A stretch of DNA of 64,000 nt, taken from assembly GCA_004022145.1 (NCBI GenBank), contig RCNU01000009.1; one strand, given 5' to 3'. The notes under the pieces are model-generated. The model saw only the letters and a list, made by a program, of their open reading frames with translations. It was not told where the DNA came from and made no database searches. Below are positions 12,816 to 24,397 of the stretch, piece after piece; position 1 is the first letter of the stretch; each line of letters starts with the position of its first letter. A program made the translations under genes and the position numbers. The stretch comes from Paecilomyces variotii (Eukaryota).

Positions 12816-15800
12816 CTACGAACCAACCTCGACTCTCCTCTCCGAATCAACCAGCCATGACCCCCCGCCCGCGGACTGGGACAGACTGACCGTCGTCTTC
12901 TTCAGGTCCGGCAGCACTAACAGCGTCTCGCCATGATTCCGATAGTCGACTTCGCACGGGACGAGCTTTCGCTGCGCCGTCGCTGAAGGCACGCCGCCGC
13001 CAGAGACGGCCGGGGAAGAGACTGCGAAGGTCTTGATGTCCAGTCCTGGGAGGAGGAGATGGCCCGGACGTTGGGGCAGAAGGAGGATGGGAAATGAGCG
13101 CGTCTCGCCTTCGGGCGCCGTGAAGTTACCGCGACGACGACCGCCAAGGAGCCAGATTTCCGGATTGGCGAGCACTTCGTAGGAGAACTCGACGGGCTGA
13201 GTTGCTGTTTCTGCGGCATCACTACTGGTTTCGGGAGATCTCGAGGAGGATGAGGAGGCCCAGCGACGGGTATGTCGAAGGATGAGCTCCGCTGCGATCG
13301 TCTGGCCCACGGCGGCGTGCGCAGGCTGTTCGTGGCCAATGTTCGTCAGGCGAAGTTCCGCCGTGTGCACGATGGGCACTTCGGGCACATCGACGGGGAT
13401 GACGATCTGCTTGCTGAGAAGTGACGGATCGGGATCGGGGATGGGGATGGTTGGGTTTTTCTGGAGGAAGGATCATTAGGTTAGTTCACGAGCTGAATCA
13501 ACTTCGTTTTCTGTTTTCCTGTTGGTTGGATACAGGAAAAGTTGAGATCCGTCTTGAGTTTATGCGGAGTCGATCCTTACCTTGTGCCACTCCATCAGCC
13601 AGCCCTTAACCTCAGGCTGCTGCGGCCCGGGCAGAGCGCCGAGGATCGTGTCCCACTGCACACTCTCATAGGGCAGCGTTTCCACCTCCCTCACCACACC
13701 GATTGTTTCCATGTCCGTCGTCGAGAGCTGCGTGCGGAAGGCTTCCACGATATGCGGAGTCAGCAGCCGCGTCAGGTGGCGTAGCTGAGTCTTCTCGATG
13801 TCCTCCGCGAAGCGCTGTTTGATGGCCGTCAGGCACTCATCGTCGAGACAGGTGAATTCGACCGTCAGCCGGAGGGACCGCTTCGAGTTGGCATCCTTGA
13901 TTTGGTTTTCTGTCCGCTGTTTTATCTTGTAGAGAATCGATGCCGGCTGTTTTGGGAAGACATCAAACGCAACAGGCCCTTGGATGCTGGATTGAACCTC
14001 GTAGCTGTCAGAGCTTGGGATATCACACCCCAGGATACGTAGAGGGATCATCATTGCCGGGCTGACGGTGAACTTGGAGAAAAGAATGTCATTTTTGAAT
14101 ACATCTTGCACGTTGACGCTGACCGGCAGAGTCGAGACCACCGTGCTCGATGAAGAGTAAGTGAACTTTCCTTTTTCTGTTTCGTATCCGACCTCCAGCT
14201 TTGCAGAAAGCATCGTGTGATTATCATCCACCGTGTACGGTATCCGGAACCGCACCGACGATCCTGGAGGGAAATCGGTGAATTCAATATTACCGCTATC
14301 AGAACTGTTGATAACGTTGATCTCTCCTTCTACCACTGCTGCTTCAGCTATCCGGAGCCGGAGACCAGCAGTGGCAGGCCTAACACGGATGACCCCTTTC
14401 TTGATATCGTTCCAGCCACTTTCCAGCTCGACATCAACAGTCCGCAAATGCTCGAGGTTGATGTAGCGCGGTGAGATGATCCTAGCTTCGAGGCCATCGG
14501 CTGAGGGATGACAGTAGATGTAGGGTCTCTTCTCTTCTGCACCATCATTTGCATCCCTGAGTCCTGGCAGAAATGCAGACTGGCTGACTTCCCCAAAAGA
14601 GAATACAATGTTACCAGACCGCAACTCCACACGATCTACAAAGTATTTCCCTTGCAAGGTTATCTGGCTGAGCGTCAGAAAACTGTAAAAAGCCTAGTGC
14701 TACCCTTGGGGTCGACTTACCGATGATGGAATGAGTAGCTTTGTCAGGGATGGTTTAACCACCACTTCCTCTGAGCTTTCCAGCCAAACCTCATTGCTCT
14801 GCTGAGTGTTCGCACTTACGAGCCGCATCTTGATGGAGCTGACTTTGACCACCTCTTCGAGCAAAAACCGCGTGCTCATCTGTAACTCGAACCCGTCCTT
14901 ATCCTTGTAATGACGGATGGCTGGACTGACCTCGAGATCGGCAAAGAAATCACTGAAGGAGGCAGAGATTTCCTTTGGCAGGGCACTGGAGGCGTTGAAG
15001 AGCTCCTTGACATACTTGGAGACCCGACCGGACTGTGTGAACTCTGAGAAAGCGGCTGTCGCCTTCTGTCTGTCACTCATTTGGGACTGAAGATCAGCTG
15101 CGTAGTTCGCCAACAGCTTGAGAAGAATACGGACGTATTCCTCATTCCTTTTGAGCTCCTTAAGACATCGGCCATACAGCTCCAGTACAGAACCCTCCAG
15201 TATCGTCCAACGGCTATTCCCGTAGAAAGGGGCCAGCTGATGGAGATGAGAAGCGGCGGTTTCATAGTCTCCCTGGAGGAACAGAAGCAGCGACATCTCA
15301 GTCATTGCCATCTCTGCAGAGTTTGTCCGATTCGCCGCGACGTAGAGGCGGAACATCAGATCTGTAAGCTCTTCGTATAGGAGATAGAAGTTCTTTTTGG
15401 ATCGAATTGCTTTGCTCAAGACGAGCAAGTCAATCCCTCCAGCACGAGAGACGATAGTTTGATCTGGCTCGGACGGTTTGGGCTTTTTGCCCTCTGCAGC
15501 ATCATCAAGCGAAACTTCTTGCATGTCGCCGTTGGAACCAACCGAGTCGTCGAAAAGCAGGTCAAGCTCCTTCCACTTACTGGCCCATCCGAGCCGGCGG
15601 CCTATGTCTTCTAGGACACGTCTCGCAAGAAAACATAGTTCGCCTCTTGCTGACGCTAGTTCTTCTGAGCCCGTCTTCTGGATAACGGCGCCGGCAGCAC
15701 CCATCTCCCACGGTGACCGCGATGGCGGAGGGTTATGAAGCTCTGCCGAGAAAATCTCCTGGCTCTTCGGCCTCGGAGGCCGTGGTGATACGGGGGAAAG

Positions 15801-17431
15801 CAGTGAACTCGATCTTTTGGGGACTGCCGGCTTGCTCTCCGTTGTCGTGGACGCCTCCGTGGATCCTTTCTTTTTCCGAAGGGATGAATCTGGAACTGGA
15901 AGGGCTGGAGTATCCGTCTGAGTTAGTACCTGCGAGGCGGCGGCATATGTCCAAGTCGAAACAAGATTGTTGATGACCTCGGCTTTTTTCTCATCCGTGA
16001 TCTCCTCGAGGCCACATTCTAGATCATATCGGAGTGTGCGCGCAGCGATAGAGATGAACTCAGTAGCTCGCTCACAGACTTCCGCCAGGAGAGTGAGGTC
16101 TTCTGGTTTCTTGTTCTTCTGCGCTGGGGTAGCATCCTTGTCCAAGACCGATGGCGCTCTTGCGGCCCGCAAAAGCAAGGTCATCTGTCTCGAGAACAAG
16201 TAGACACGGAAATCGAAAATTGAGATATCGCTAGACAGTATCATTTCCCTATAGGGTTTCTTTGCTGAATCGAGAGGGTAGTCATCCGGATCAATTACTG
16301 GACTTGTAGTAGGCGTCGGCTCGTCCCCATCTTCATTATTGTCATCAGAGTCGTCAGAGTCATGACTATCATCCTCCTGAACGGCAGAGCCCTTGGAGAG
16401 AGCCTCCAATGAACTCTCTGCCTTTTCTTTCCAGTTTTTCGTATATGTCAGAAAGCCGCCACCGTGCTGTTCCCCCTCCCCAAGAAGCTGGTCGCGGACA
16501 GCGGTATCCAGACCAACGGAGAGCTCATCGTAGCCAGCAAGAGCATCCTCGAAAAGGCCTACATTCTCAAAGCCTCTAGCAAGACCCTCTTTCAGGATAA
16601 AGAACGTACAGAAGTTCCACCCAGGCAGACTCCGCTGTGAATCCTTCTCGCGGATGTCTTCCTCGTACTGGCTGACTCGCAAGTCGAAAGAGGTCAGAAT
16701 GGCATTCTTCATCTTCTCGACTAGATCTTCGAGCAGATCGGTGAAGTCAGGAGGCTTTTGCGTCGCTCCAGGTTTAGGAAGTCGCAGCTGGGCTACGCGA
16801 TCCACCGCTGTCTTGGAAGACCCGTTGAAGTCTGCCTTGACCTTCTCCAACACCGTTGTCGAGCCACGACCCCATTTGGCGATCGATGCTGTCTTCTCTG
16901 CCGCCTCTCCATCCTGTACCACATGTACGATAAGCCACTCAAATGCGTCGTGCTTCTCCTGGCTGGTGGGTGCTGCACCACTGGCCTGCGCCGTCGAGGT
17001 GTGCGTCTTGATCCATTCCCGGATTTGCTTTCTGCACGTCGCCTTGTACGACTCGTTGTCGTCGCAGCGCAGAAAGAATATCTTCAAATACGGTGTCTGG
17101 CGCAAGCCTGGGATCTGGTGTCGCCGGTGTGGTATAGTGGCTGTTGTAGGATCGTTGGATGGGTTCTGCTCATCGGTCTGTTTTTCGGGGACGAGGTCAA
17201 TGTAAAGCGATTCAATCGACCGGAGAGGACGACTGGGTGATTTCCAGTGAAGATTTCTCAGAGGCAGTCTCTTCTCGAGAATCGGTTGAACATCGGGGAG
17301 CACGTTGAAGGGATCGGTGCATTCAACTGCGCGCGACGGTCAGCCTGGGGAAGCAGCCAGGAGGGAATCATCGGGGGAAGCAGTCTCCTACCCGTCACCT
17401 TGTTGGAGCCGTCCTGAGGTGCAAGATCCAT
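12816..17431 (-). CDS. trs130: TRAPP II complex subunit Trs130/TRAPPC10 (TMEM1 family), 4 exons
   Basis: ORFs 14700..17303, 13560..14657 and 12816..13388 are joined by GT-AG introns (about 17391-17327, 14720-14664, 13580-13463). The N-terminus reads MDLAPQDGSNKVTVECTDP. It carries the hallmark motifs LPLRNLHWKS and QRSLPGWNFCTFFILKEGLA. Confidence 0.88.
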
Positions 17432-17934
17432 ATTTCCCCAAGGTCAGTCGGGTATGAGCATGCGACTTTGATACCGGCATCCAGGCAGCAGCTTGAATTG
17501 ACTGGAAATGCCGGCATGAATCGCAGTCGCGGTGTAGATCGATCTGACTTCGTGGAGCTCCGCGGCGGACAATAATCACGCACGGGCCAGATCTTGGCAT
17601 TATCCAGTGTGAACTATGTACCACTACTACATACCTAGTTATACAGATGTTTGGAAGATCAAAATCACTATTAATAATAATGGCCATCTAAATCGACTAC
17701 TATACCCGAACAAGTAATCTCTGTACAAACATGACAACAAGTGGGAATCACGGAGACCGCAGGTGGCTTGGGAAGCCAGGATATCCTCGGAGACAGAGTC
17801 ACGCCCCTGCCATTAAACAAAAGGAATCACAAGAAAATAAAGAAAAAATATACAAGCATTGGACAGACGAGGGCAAGAACATGCTTAGAGGAGATCGAAA
17901 AAAGAAAAGAAAAAGAAAAAAGAATTGGATAATT

Positions 17935-20900
17935 TCACAAGCCAACCTCCGTGGACCATCCGTAACGAGTCTTAACTAATTCATAACCCTGGGAGAACCC
18001 TTGCCAAACACCGGGAAGCAAATTCCGAAGCCATGCACAGATGACGAGAAGCAATACAGGAATCTGTAGATCGTTTGTTAGTCTCACGTTCAGCCAGTTC
18101 AAGATGAGCAGGATACTCACCCAAAAGAAGTATAAGTTCCGGTCGCTTCCAAGTCCTTTCATCCTCCGTGCTTGTTGCTGTCGCAGCTGCTCTTGCTGCT
18201 CGCGCGATATGGTCTTCCGGCCAATCCTGATATCCTTGATCTCCTCCTTGACTGGCTTCGACTTGGATGAACTTGCTCGAGTCTCAAGCGCTTCAAAGTG
18301 CTGATCTACTGCAGCGTCAGCAGCAGCCCGGACCAGTGAAGACTTCTTCGTGTCAAGATCTTCCTCGTTTCCTTCTTGATGAGGATAGAGTTCTTCATAA
18401 GCAGGAGGCTGCGTGCTGTTGGGAGAAGAATTGCCAGTCAACAGATCCCACCAGCCCTCCTTCGCAGACCAAGACGTCGTGGGCCGATGAGGCACTAGGT
18501 TGGTGATGCGTCGCATCATGGGATGCGCTTGGTAATCGGGCAGAGCTGGCATCGGCGGGAGTGCCGGTAGGTTAGGGAAGGCTCTCCCTACGCTTTGCTG
18601 GAACTGGTTGATCTGCGTTGCGAGATGGTTCCGCCAGGCAATAAGAGCCGCAGGAGGAGAAAAGCTCCTGGTATCTTCAACGCCTGCTGTCTCTGCGGGA
18701 GTCTGAATGCCGTCGGTTGGTATGGTCCCTTCCCTAGATCGAGTGTAGTACAGGGTTGCATCCTGCTGGATGCTTGACCGTCGGGATGATGGGCGATAAT
18801 GGCCAGTATCGTCGTCGGAGTCCGCTTCGCTATCTTCGGAATCACTAGAGTCATCCACCCCGTAACCAAGAGAGCCGGACGCAGAGGAAGTCTCCCATAA
18901 GGAGTTGAGAGAAACTGTACTGTGTGAGCGGCGTCTCTGTGAGGGCGATGACCCAACACTCTGAGAACGATAGTGCCGTGCCGGGATCAACGCCGCCTGA
19001 TGGGCAGTCAGCGTTGTGGCAAGATCGGCTGGCGAGAAGTCTCGGATACTGCGCGCATCAGCATTGGCGCCAGCCAGTCGTAGTCTGTGGACAATGTGGG
19101 CATGGCCGCTCAGAGCAGCGAGATGCATCGGTGTATTTCCGTTGTTGTCTTGTACATCCGGATTAGCGCCTCTGGCCAAAAGTCCCGCGACAAATCGAGT
19201 CAAGCCCAATGAAGACGCAAAGTGAAGCAGGGAGTGACCAGTTGCAGACCGCATATTGTACTTGGGCGAGCGTGGATTGTCATCGAGATCAAGGAACTCA
19301 AGGTAAGTGAGCATCTTGGAGTCCATGTCACTTGTCTTGCCTTGAGCACCCAGTCCAGGTACCTGTCGCTGATGACCTCCAGAACTGCCGCCCTGGAAGT
19401 CATTTTGCAGGTTCCAAATGGTCGGATCGCCTCCCATGATCTGCTGGGCAGTCTGGAACGCATCTGCCGGACTACGCAGTTTCTGCCCAAGTATTCCCAG
19501 TGCCAAACGGTACATCTGGAGTTCTCGATCATCTACGTAACGGAAGAACAGCTGTTGCTTTGGAATGAGAGGCTGGTTTTGTTGGTGTGGCTGACCGAAA
19601 GTTGGATGTTCGTGTTTGAACACCACAGGCACGAGACCGGGCTGGAGGGCAGGTGGTGTCAGACAATTCAGACATTTATCTCCCCAAAACGTAGTCGTAG
19701 TCGCGAGAGTGTCTCCAAAGACAACCTCCATACCAGGATAGAAACCACTGCCCAGAAGTGTGACTTCTGTTCCTCCGGTGGTAGAACCCTCAGCGGGCAC
19801 CAATTTGTGGATTATCGACGGTAACCGGTTAGTAGTGCTTGTCAAAGAGGGCCAGATGGAATTCGCGGGACCGGATGAGATGTTCATATTGAGAGTAGGA
19901 TCTGGGAAACTGTTCCGTCCGGAACCTCCTGGAGTTGCCGGTCGACTGGGGTGCGCGGAATTAGGTGCTGACACCAACTGTTGCTGGGTCAGACTGTCCA
20001 GACCTCCGTGCTGTCCGGTAGAGTTGAAAAACGGGTTGGTTTCGTTGTTGTTAGGCGTTGGTGGACCGTTGGTAAACTGACCAGGCAGCGACGCCGGGGT
20101 AGCAAAAGGTCCCTCTATTGGAGACGCAAACGCCCGCGTACCGGAGGCATGAGGTCCATTGCTAGTTGAGGCCGAGGCACTGGATGAATGAGATTGTTCG
20201 AGTTTCGTCATCGTGAGACCGGACGGCAGCTTGATGGAACCACTGTGTTTTCGACGTTTGCTGGAAGGTGCCTGGAACTCGGAAGGCGATGCTTGTCTGG
20301 ATAGGCTTCGCCCAGAGAAGGAACTCGAAGTGCCAGAAACCCCATTTTGAGGTATGACGAAAGCTCCGGATGTCAATGGATACTGCTGAGGACTGTATCT
20401 CTGCTGCAAGCCTTGCAAGTCGGTCGTCGAGTGAGACAATCGGAACGACGATTGTCCTCCAGAAGACGAATTTCCAACATCCATGTTAGAATTAGGAACA
20501 AACACTCCTGCACCTGGAAGCTGTGTACCATCAGGCAGAGCAGAGCTCGGCGGCGGCGCTGGCGCAGGAGGCGCATGCGTCTTGTGATCATCAGTGATCA
20601 TTATCGAATTTGTGATTGCTTGAGCAATAACATTATCTTGGTAATCCTTGATGGTAAATATAACCCTAAATGTGTTGTCAGCTGCTAAATCCAACGCCGA
20701 GAAGATAAATGGGGATACTGACTGAAACCCAAGCTTCTCATTTTGATGCCTGCAGTAACAAGCTATTCGCATGGGTAGTTCAGCCTGCATTGCTCCTGCA
20801 GGCACCATCGAAGCTGCCATATCTGAATAACCAGAAACGGCACTCTTAGAGGGTTCCGTCCAGTCTTTGATCTCGTTTGTATTGAACACAATTACCCGCT

Positions 20901-22452
20901 TCTCCTCATCTTTTTGGAATAGTTCATCTTCGTCAGGCTTCCGTTGCTTCTTTCGCGAGGCTCGTTTCCGTTCGCGCTGTATACAACCAGCACAAATCTT
21001 CACTTCGCCGCCATCTAGAGGCTTTTCCTCTTCTGGAGTGCTCTCTGAATTGTCCTGGCCTACACTGGATGATCGCCCACCCTGTGCTGCTCTTGCGAAC
21101 GCCCTTTTCAGTTTCTCTTGGTCCTGCATCGCACTCGTGCATACGAGACTTGTGTGTAATTCGAGGATTTCCGGAGAGCGTTCCGTATCTGGTTTCGCGA
21201 GAAACTTCGGCTTGGAGATCGTATGAGATGGCAAGCGTAACTTCTTAACCCCCGCAGGGACAGGGTAAAGAGTCATCTTGATAGGGATCTGCGTCTCAAC
21301 ACGGGATTTCAACGATGTAGGATGTACGGTGAGAATAGGACGCATCGGAGCTTCTGGTCTGAGGTTCGGAGGGGCCGATTGCGTAGGGAAATCTTGGGCG
21401 GCCATCGTCTGCTCTGAGGGCCACTCTGACAGTCCGAAAGGCAGCCCGTTTGACCCAAAATTAAGACTGGGAGATAATGTCGTGCTAAGAGGAGATCCGC
21501 CATTCATATTGATACCTCCAAACGTCTCCTCCAAAGCCGAAGATGGAGACCGGCCATCCCATTGCTTGAACGATGACCGTCCTTGGCTCGGCAGCATCGA
21601 GGATGTCATAGGTGATGCCTCTCTGGAACTATGAGAGTAGAATGGGGATGCAGACGTAGTACCCTGGATGAGTGATGCAATGAGTGAGGGGGTTTTCGCG
21701 ATAGGGAGAATCCATGGAAAAGGACTTACTGGGGAAGCTATCTTCGAGTGGGTAAATTGGATGGGAGGGTTGGAAGGGCTGCGCAGCTGATTCTTGAATA
21801 TCTTTTGCGACTTCGGGAGTGAAGATGTCTCCATTTTGAGAGGGCTGGGGCTGCTAGCAGCGCTCTCGAAGTCGAAAGCAGAATCCATCGCCTTGTTGCT
21901 CGATTCAATATCGGTGTCCATGTGAAATCCACCATCGAGAGGAGGCATGTCAGCCTCCAGTCCAAATAGCGGCTCCTCCTTTAACGATCCGAAATCTGAA
22001 TTCAACCACGAATCGGTGTGATATCGACCGTCTGTTGTCGAGTTGTCACGCATCGCGGAATTTGTGGAAGCAACTGAAGTAGTCCGTACATGATCCCTCG
22101 GCGATTCAGATGAAGAACTCCGACTCGAGTTATCAGGCGTATCTGCTGGAGAATCTGCTTGAACAGTGTGTGGTTGCGTCAATCCATCCCGATCTTGATC
22201 TCGATAACGTCTCTTGGTGGAGAGCTCTGACGGAGCCAGGTGGGATTCGGCGTCTCTAGCCACTCTAGAGGCAGTAGTTCGCGAGAATAGATCGTCGAAT
22301 TCGCGACCGGCTCCTCCAGAAGACGTTTGCAACCTGGTCGGATCGAGGAATCCCATATTCAGGTCTTGATACGGGCTCTCCATGTCGTCGTCGAGTATGA
22401 TCGGATCCAATGCAGGGAACAGCGGGGAAGACGGAGTGTCGGTCGGTCTCAT
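17935..22452 (-). CDS. spt23: Spt23/Mga2-family membrane-tethered transcription factor (IPT/TIG domain, ankyrin repeats, C-terminal TM)
   Basis: Motifs KSRVETQIPIK, RIACYCRHQNEKLGF, IMITDDHK, IPT domain (IHKLVPAEGSTTGGTEVTLLGSGF), ankyrins (GHSLLHFAS, GNTPMHLAA) and DRNLYFFWIP-TM. Predicted introns at 21729-21664, 20722-20666 and 18120-18064. Confidence 0.92.
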   Translation of the reverse strand: MRPTDTPSSPLFPALDPIILDDDMESPYQDLNMGFLDPTRLQTSSGGAGREFDDLFSRTTASRVARDAESHLAPSELSTKRRYRDQDRDGLTQPHTVQADSPADTPDNSSRSSSSESPRDHVRTTSVASTNSAMRDNSTTDGRYHTDSWLNSDFGSLKEEPLFGLEADMPPLDGGFHMDTDIESSNKAMDSAFDFESAASSPSPLKMETSSLPKSQKIFKNQLRSPSNPPIQFTHSKIASPVSPFPWILPIAKTPSLIASLIQGTTSASPFYSHSSREASPMTSSMLPSQGRSSFKQWDGRSPSSALEETFGGINMNGGSPLSTTLSPSLNFGSNGLPFGLSEWPSEQTMAAQDFPTQSAPPNLRPEAPMRPILTVHPTSLKSRVETQIPIKMTLYPVPAGVKKLRLPSHTISKPKFLAKPDTERSPEILELHTSLVCTSAMQDQEKLKRAFARAAQGGRSSSVGQDNSESTPEEEKPLDGGEVKICAGCIQRERKRASRKKQRKPDEDELFQKDEEKRVIVFNTNEIKDWTEPSKSAVSGYSDMAASMVPAGAMQAELPMRIACYCRHQNEKLGFQSVSPFIFSALDLAADNTFRVIFTIKDYQDNVIAQAITNSIMITDDHKTHAPPAPAPPPSSALPDGTQLPGAGVFVPNSNMDVGNSSSGGQSSFRLSHSTTDLQGLQQRYSPQQYPLTSGAFVIPQNGVSGTSSSFSGRSLSRQASPSEFQAPSSKRRKHSGSIKLPSGLTMTKLEQSHSSSASASTSNGPHASGTRAFASPIEGPFATPASLPGQFTNGPPTPNNNETNPFFNSTGQHGGLDSLTQQQLVSAPNSAHPSRPATPGGSGRNSFPDPTLNMNISSGPANSIWPSLTSTTNRLPSIIHKLVPAEGSTTGGTEVTLLGSGFYPGMEVVFGDTLATTTTFWGDKCLNCLTPPALQPGLVPVVFKHEHPTFGQPHQQNQPLIPKQQLFFRYVDDRELQMYRLALGILGQKLRSPADAFQTAQQIMGGDPTIWNLQNDFQGGSSGGHQRQVPGLGAQGKTSDMDSKMLTYLEFLDLDDNPRSPKYNMRSATGHSLLHFASSLGLTRFVAGLLARGANPDVQDNNGNTPMHLAALSGHAHIVHRLRLAGANADARSIRDFSPADLATTLTAHQAALIPARHYRSQSVGSSPSQRRRSHSTVSLNSLWETSSASGSLGYGVDDSSDSEDSEADSDDDTGHYRPSSRRSSIQQDATLYYTRSREGTIPTDGIQTPAETAGVEDTRSFSPPAALIAWRNHLATQINQFQQSVGRAFPNLPALPPMPALPDYQAHPMMRRITNLVPHRPTTSWSAKEGWWDLLTGNSSPNSTQPPAYEELYPHQEGNEEDLDTKKSSLVRAAADAAVDQHFEALETRASSSKSKPVKEEIKDIRIGRKTISREQQEQLRQQQARRMKGLGSDRNLYFFWVSILLILNWLNVRLTNDLQIPVLLLVICAWLRNLLPGVWQGFSQGYELVKTRYGWSTEVGL

Positions 22453-24397
22453 TCTTTTCTCGAAACGTTGGCAATGTGTGAGACAGCACTATCAGGATTG
22501 ATTCATCGCCCGTGTCCTCCCTCCTCGGCCTCCTTATAATTCTCTTCACTCTGAACGGAGGAATCGGTCCCGGCTACCGCTGCGAGGGTCGTAAACGGGC
22601 TCCAGGCGATCAGAGAGACCTGTCAAACAGTCCCAAGCGCAGTATATCAGAGACGTACTCTTCCTTCCACGTTATTGACCTTCCTGCGCAGCGTCTGGGC
22701 GACACACACGGATTGAAGCGACCAGCGACGGGTTGGAGACGGGAAGGCGGCTCGCAGACAGGACGGTCGCCGAGACTGGGGATATGTGCGCACTGCGCAC
22801 TGGTCGTGATCGGATAAGAATTCAGCGACGATGTGAACGATGAGGAGGAATAGAGTCGCAGCAGCCGCGTTCTGAGATGGGAGAGACAACAGAACGATAG
22901 AGCCCCTGGACCGGGTCGTCCAGCGTGTTGAGGCGAAAGGCGGTCTCTGACTGTCTTTCCCCGATCTCTCGCGGTGAGGGTTCGCGTCCGCTAAACTCGA
23001 CTAGGCTACCACGATTCGCTCCCGAGTCCGCAGCCGCGCACCCCGGATTGATTGTGTGTGGGAAAGGAGGACCAAGGTAAGCCACAGTCTGTCTACAATA
23101 ACAATAATAATGATAACCATCTAACTATCTACCGTCAACCAGAGAGAACGGGGAATGGGGTTCGTTACTCTACCATACGCTTGCTGCATCGTGGCAACAA
23201 ACGTGCACCAACCACCGCATAATAATAACTAGTTACTGTATCAGGGATTTTCGATCATCGTCTGATCGCCGCTACAACTTCCCCCAAACCATTGGCGCTT
23301 AACAGGATCGAGTGGCGGGTTTGGACAGGAACCATGCGAAAACACTATACGAAGATGACACGGAAGGGGCCCCGATAGTGATTTCAGTCCGCGATGGATG
23401 ACATCGTTGCGAAACAGAAACTCAATTCGCATACAAGGTCGTGGGGAGCCAGTTCTCATGATACCGAGGGGGAAGCTTCATTATGCTTCATCATTATCAG
23501 CCAAGTATCCCGTTAGCTCCCGTCTGTGCTTCGGATGTCAGAAAGAAAGGACTATCAGGAGAGAATCTTATTATTTTCAAGCAGATTGTGGTCATCTTGA
23601 CTTCCCCCTCTTGGTTATCCACCAATCATGCTGACTGGTTCTCCGAATGCCCTCGTGTTTCTTCGGGCTAAGACTGACTGAACCTAAGGAATTCAAACCC
23701 GTGGCGTCCCAACGTATCCGGGGGTGTGTCCCATTCCAACGTACTGACCAGGGGATCTAGATTCGCTGTATACAATATTCGCAATGTCCTTGTCTCCAGA
23801 TTCTCCTAGTGATGATACGCCCAATAGTCTGCGTGCCCTGCAGTACGTAGATGGTGGACCGATAGATTCTAAACGAATAGCAAACTGCCATCAACCTAGG
23901 GCTCCCAACTAGCATACCTTATGAAGTGACCGTGTAACCATTATTGACTTGCCTATTTATATGTGGCCATTCATTATGCTAAAATCCGCCGGCACAGCAA
24001 AACTCAGAGGGAAGAAGAAGGAACGTCGAGCCCGATCAATGGGTCCATACTTACCCATTCTTTGAGCCTCTTCCCATCGAACGAACCTGATCAAAACCAT
24101 CAGACACTAGAAATAATATCCATGAAGCTGTCGCTTACCAGAAATTGTCGATATGATACAATCCTCTGCTTTGACGACCGGGGTTCAAGCAGGAAGCAGC
24201 ACAGACCCTTCTGTTGCAGCAATGGACTCAACTTCTCATTGCCCTTAGTACTTGGCAAGTGACTAGCGCAAAATTGCCTACAGCATGGCCTTGTATCGCA
24301 CCATCTAGACCAGCTCTCATGCTTGTACTGGAACGAGAAGATGAGGAGAACGTACCGAAGCTATCAATAACATATTTGGTGGCTATTGTAATAAGTG

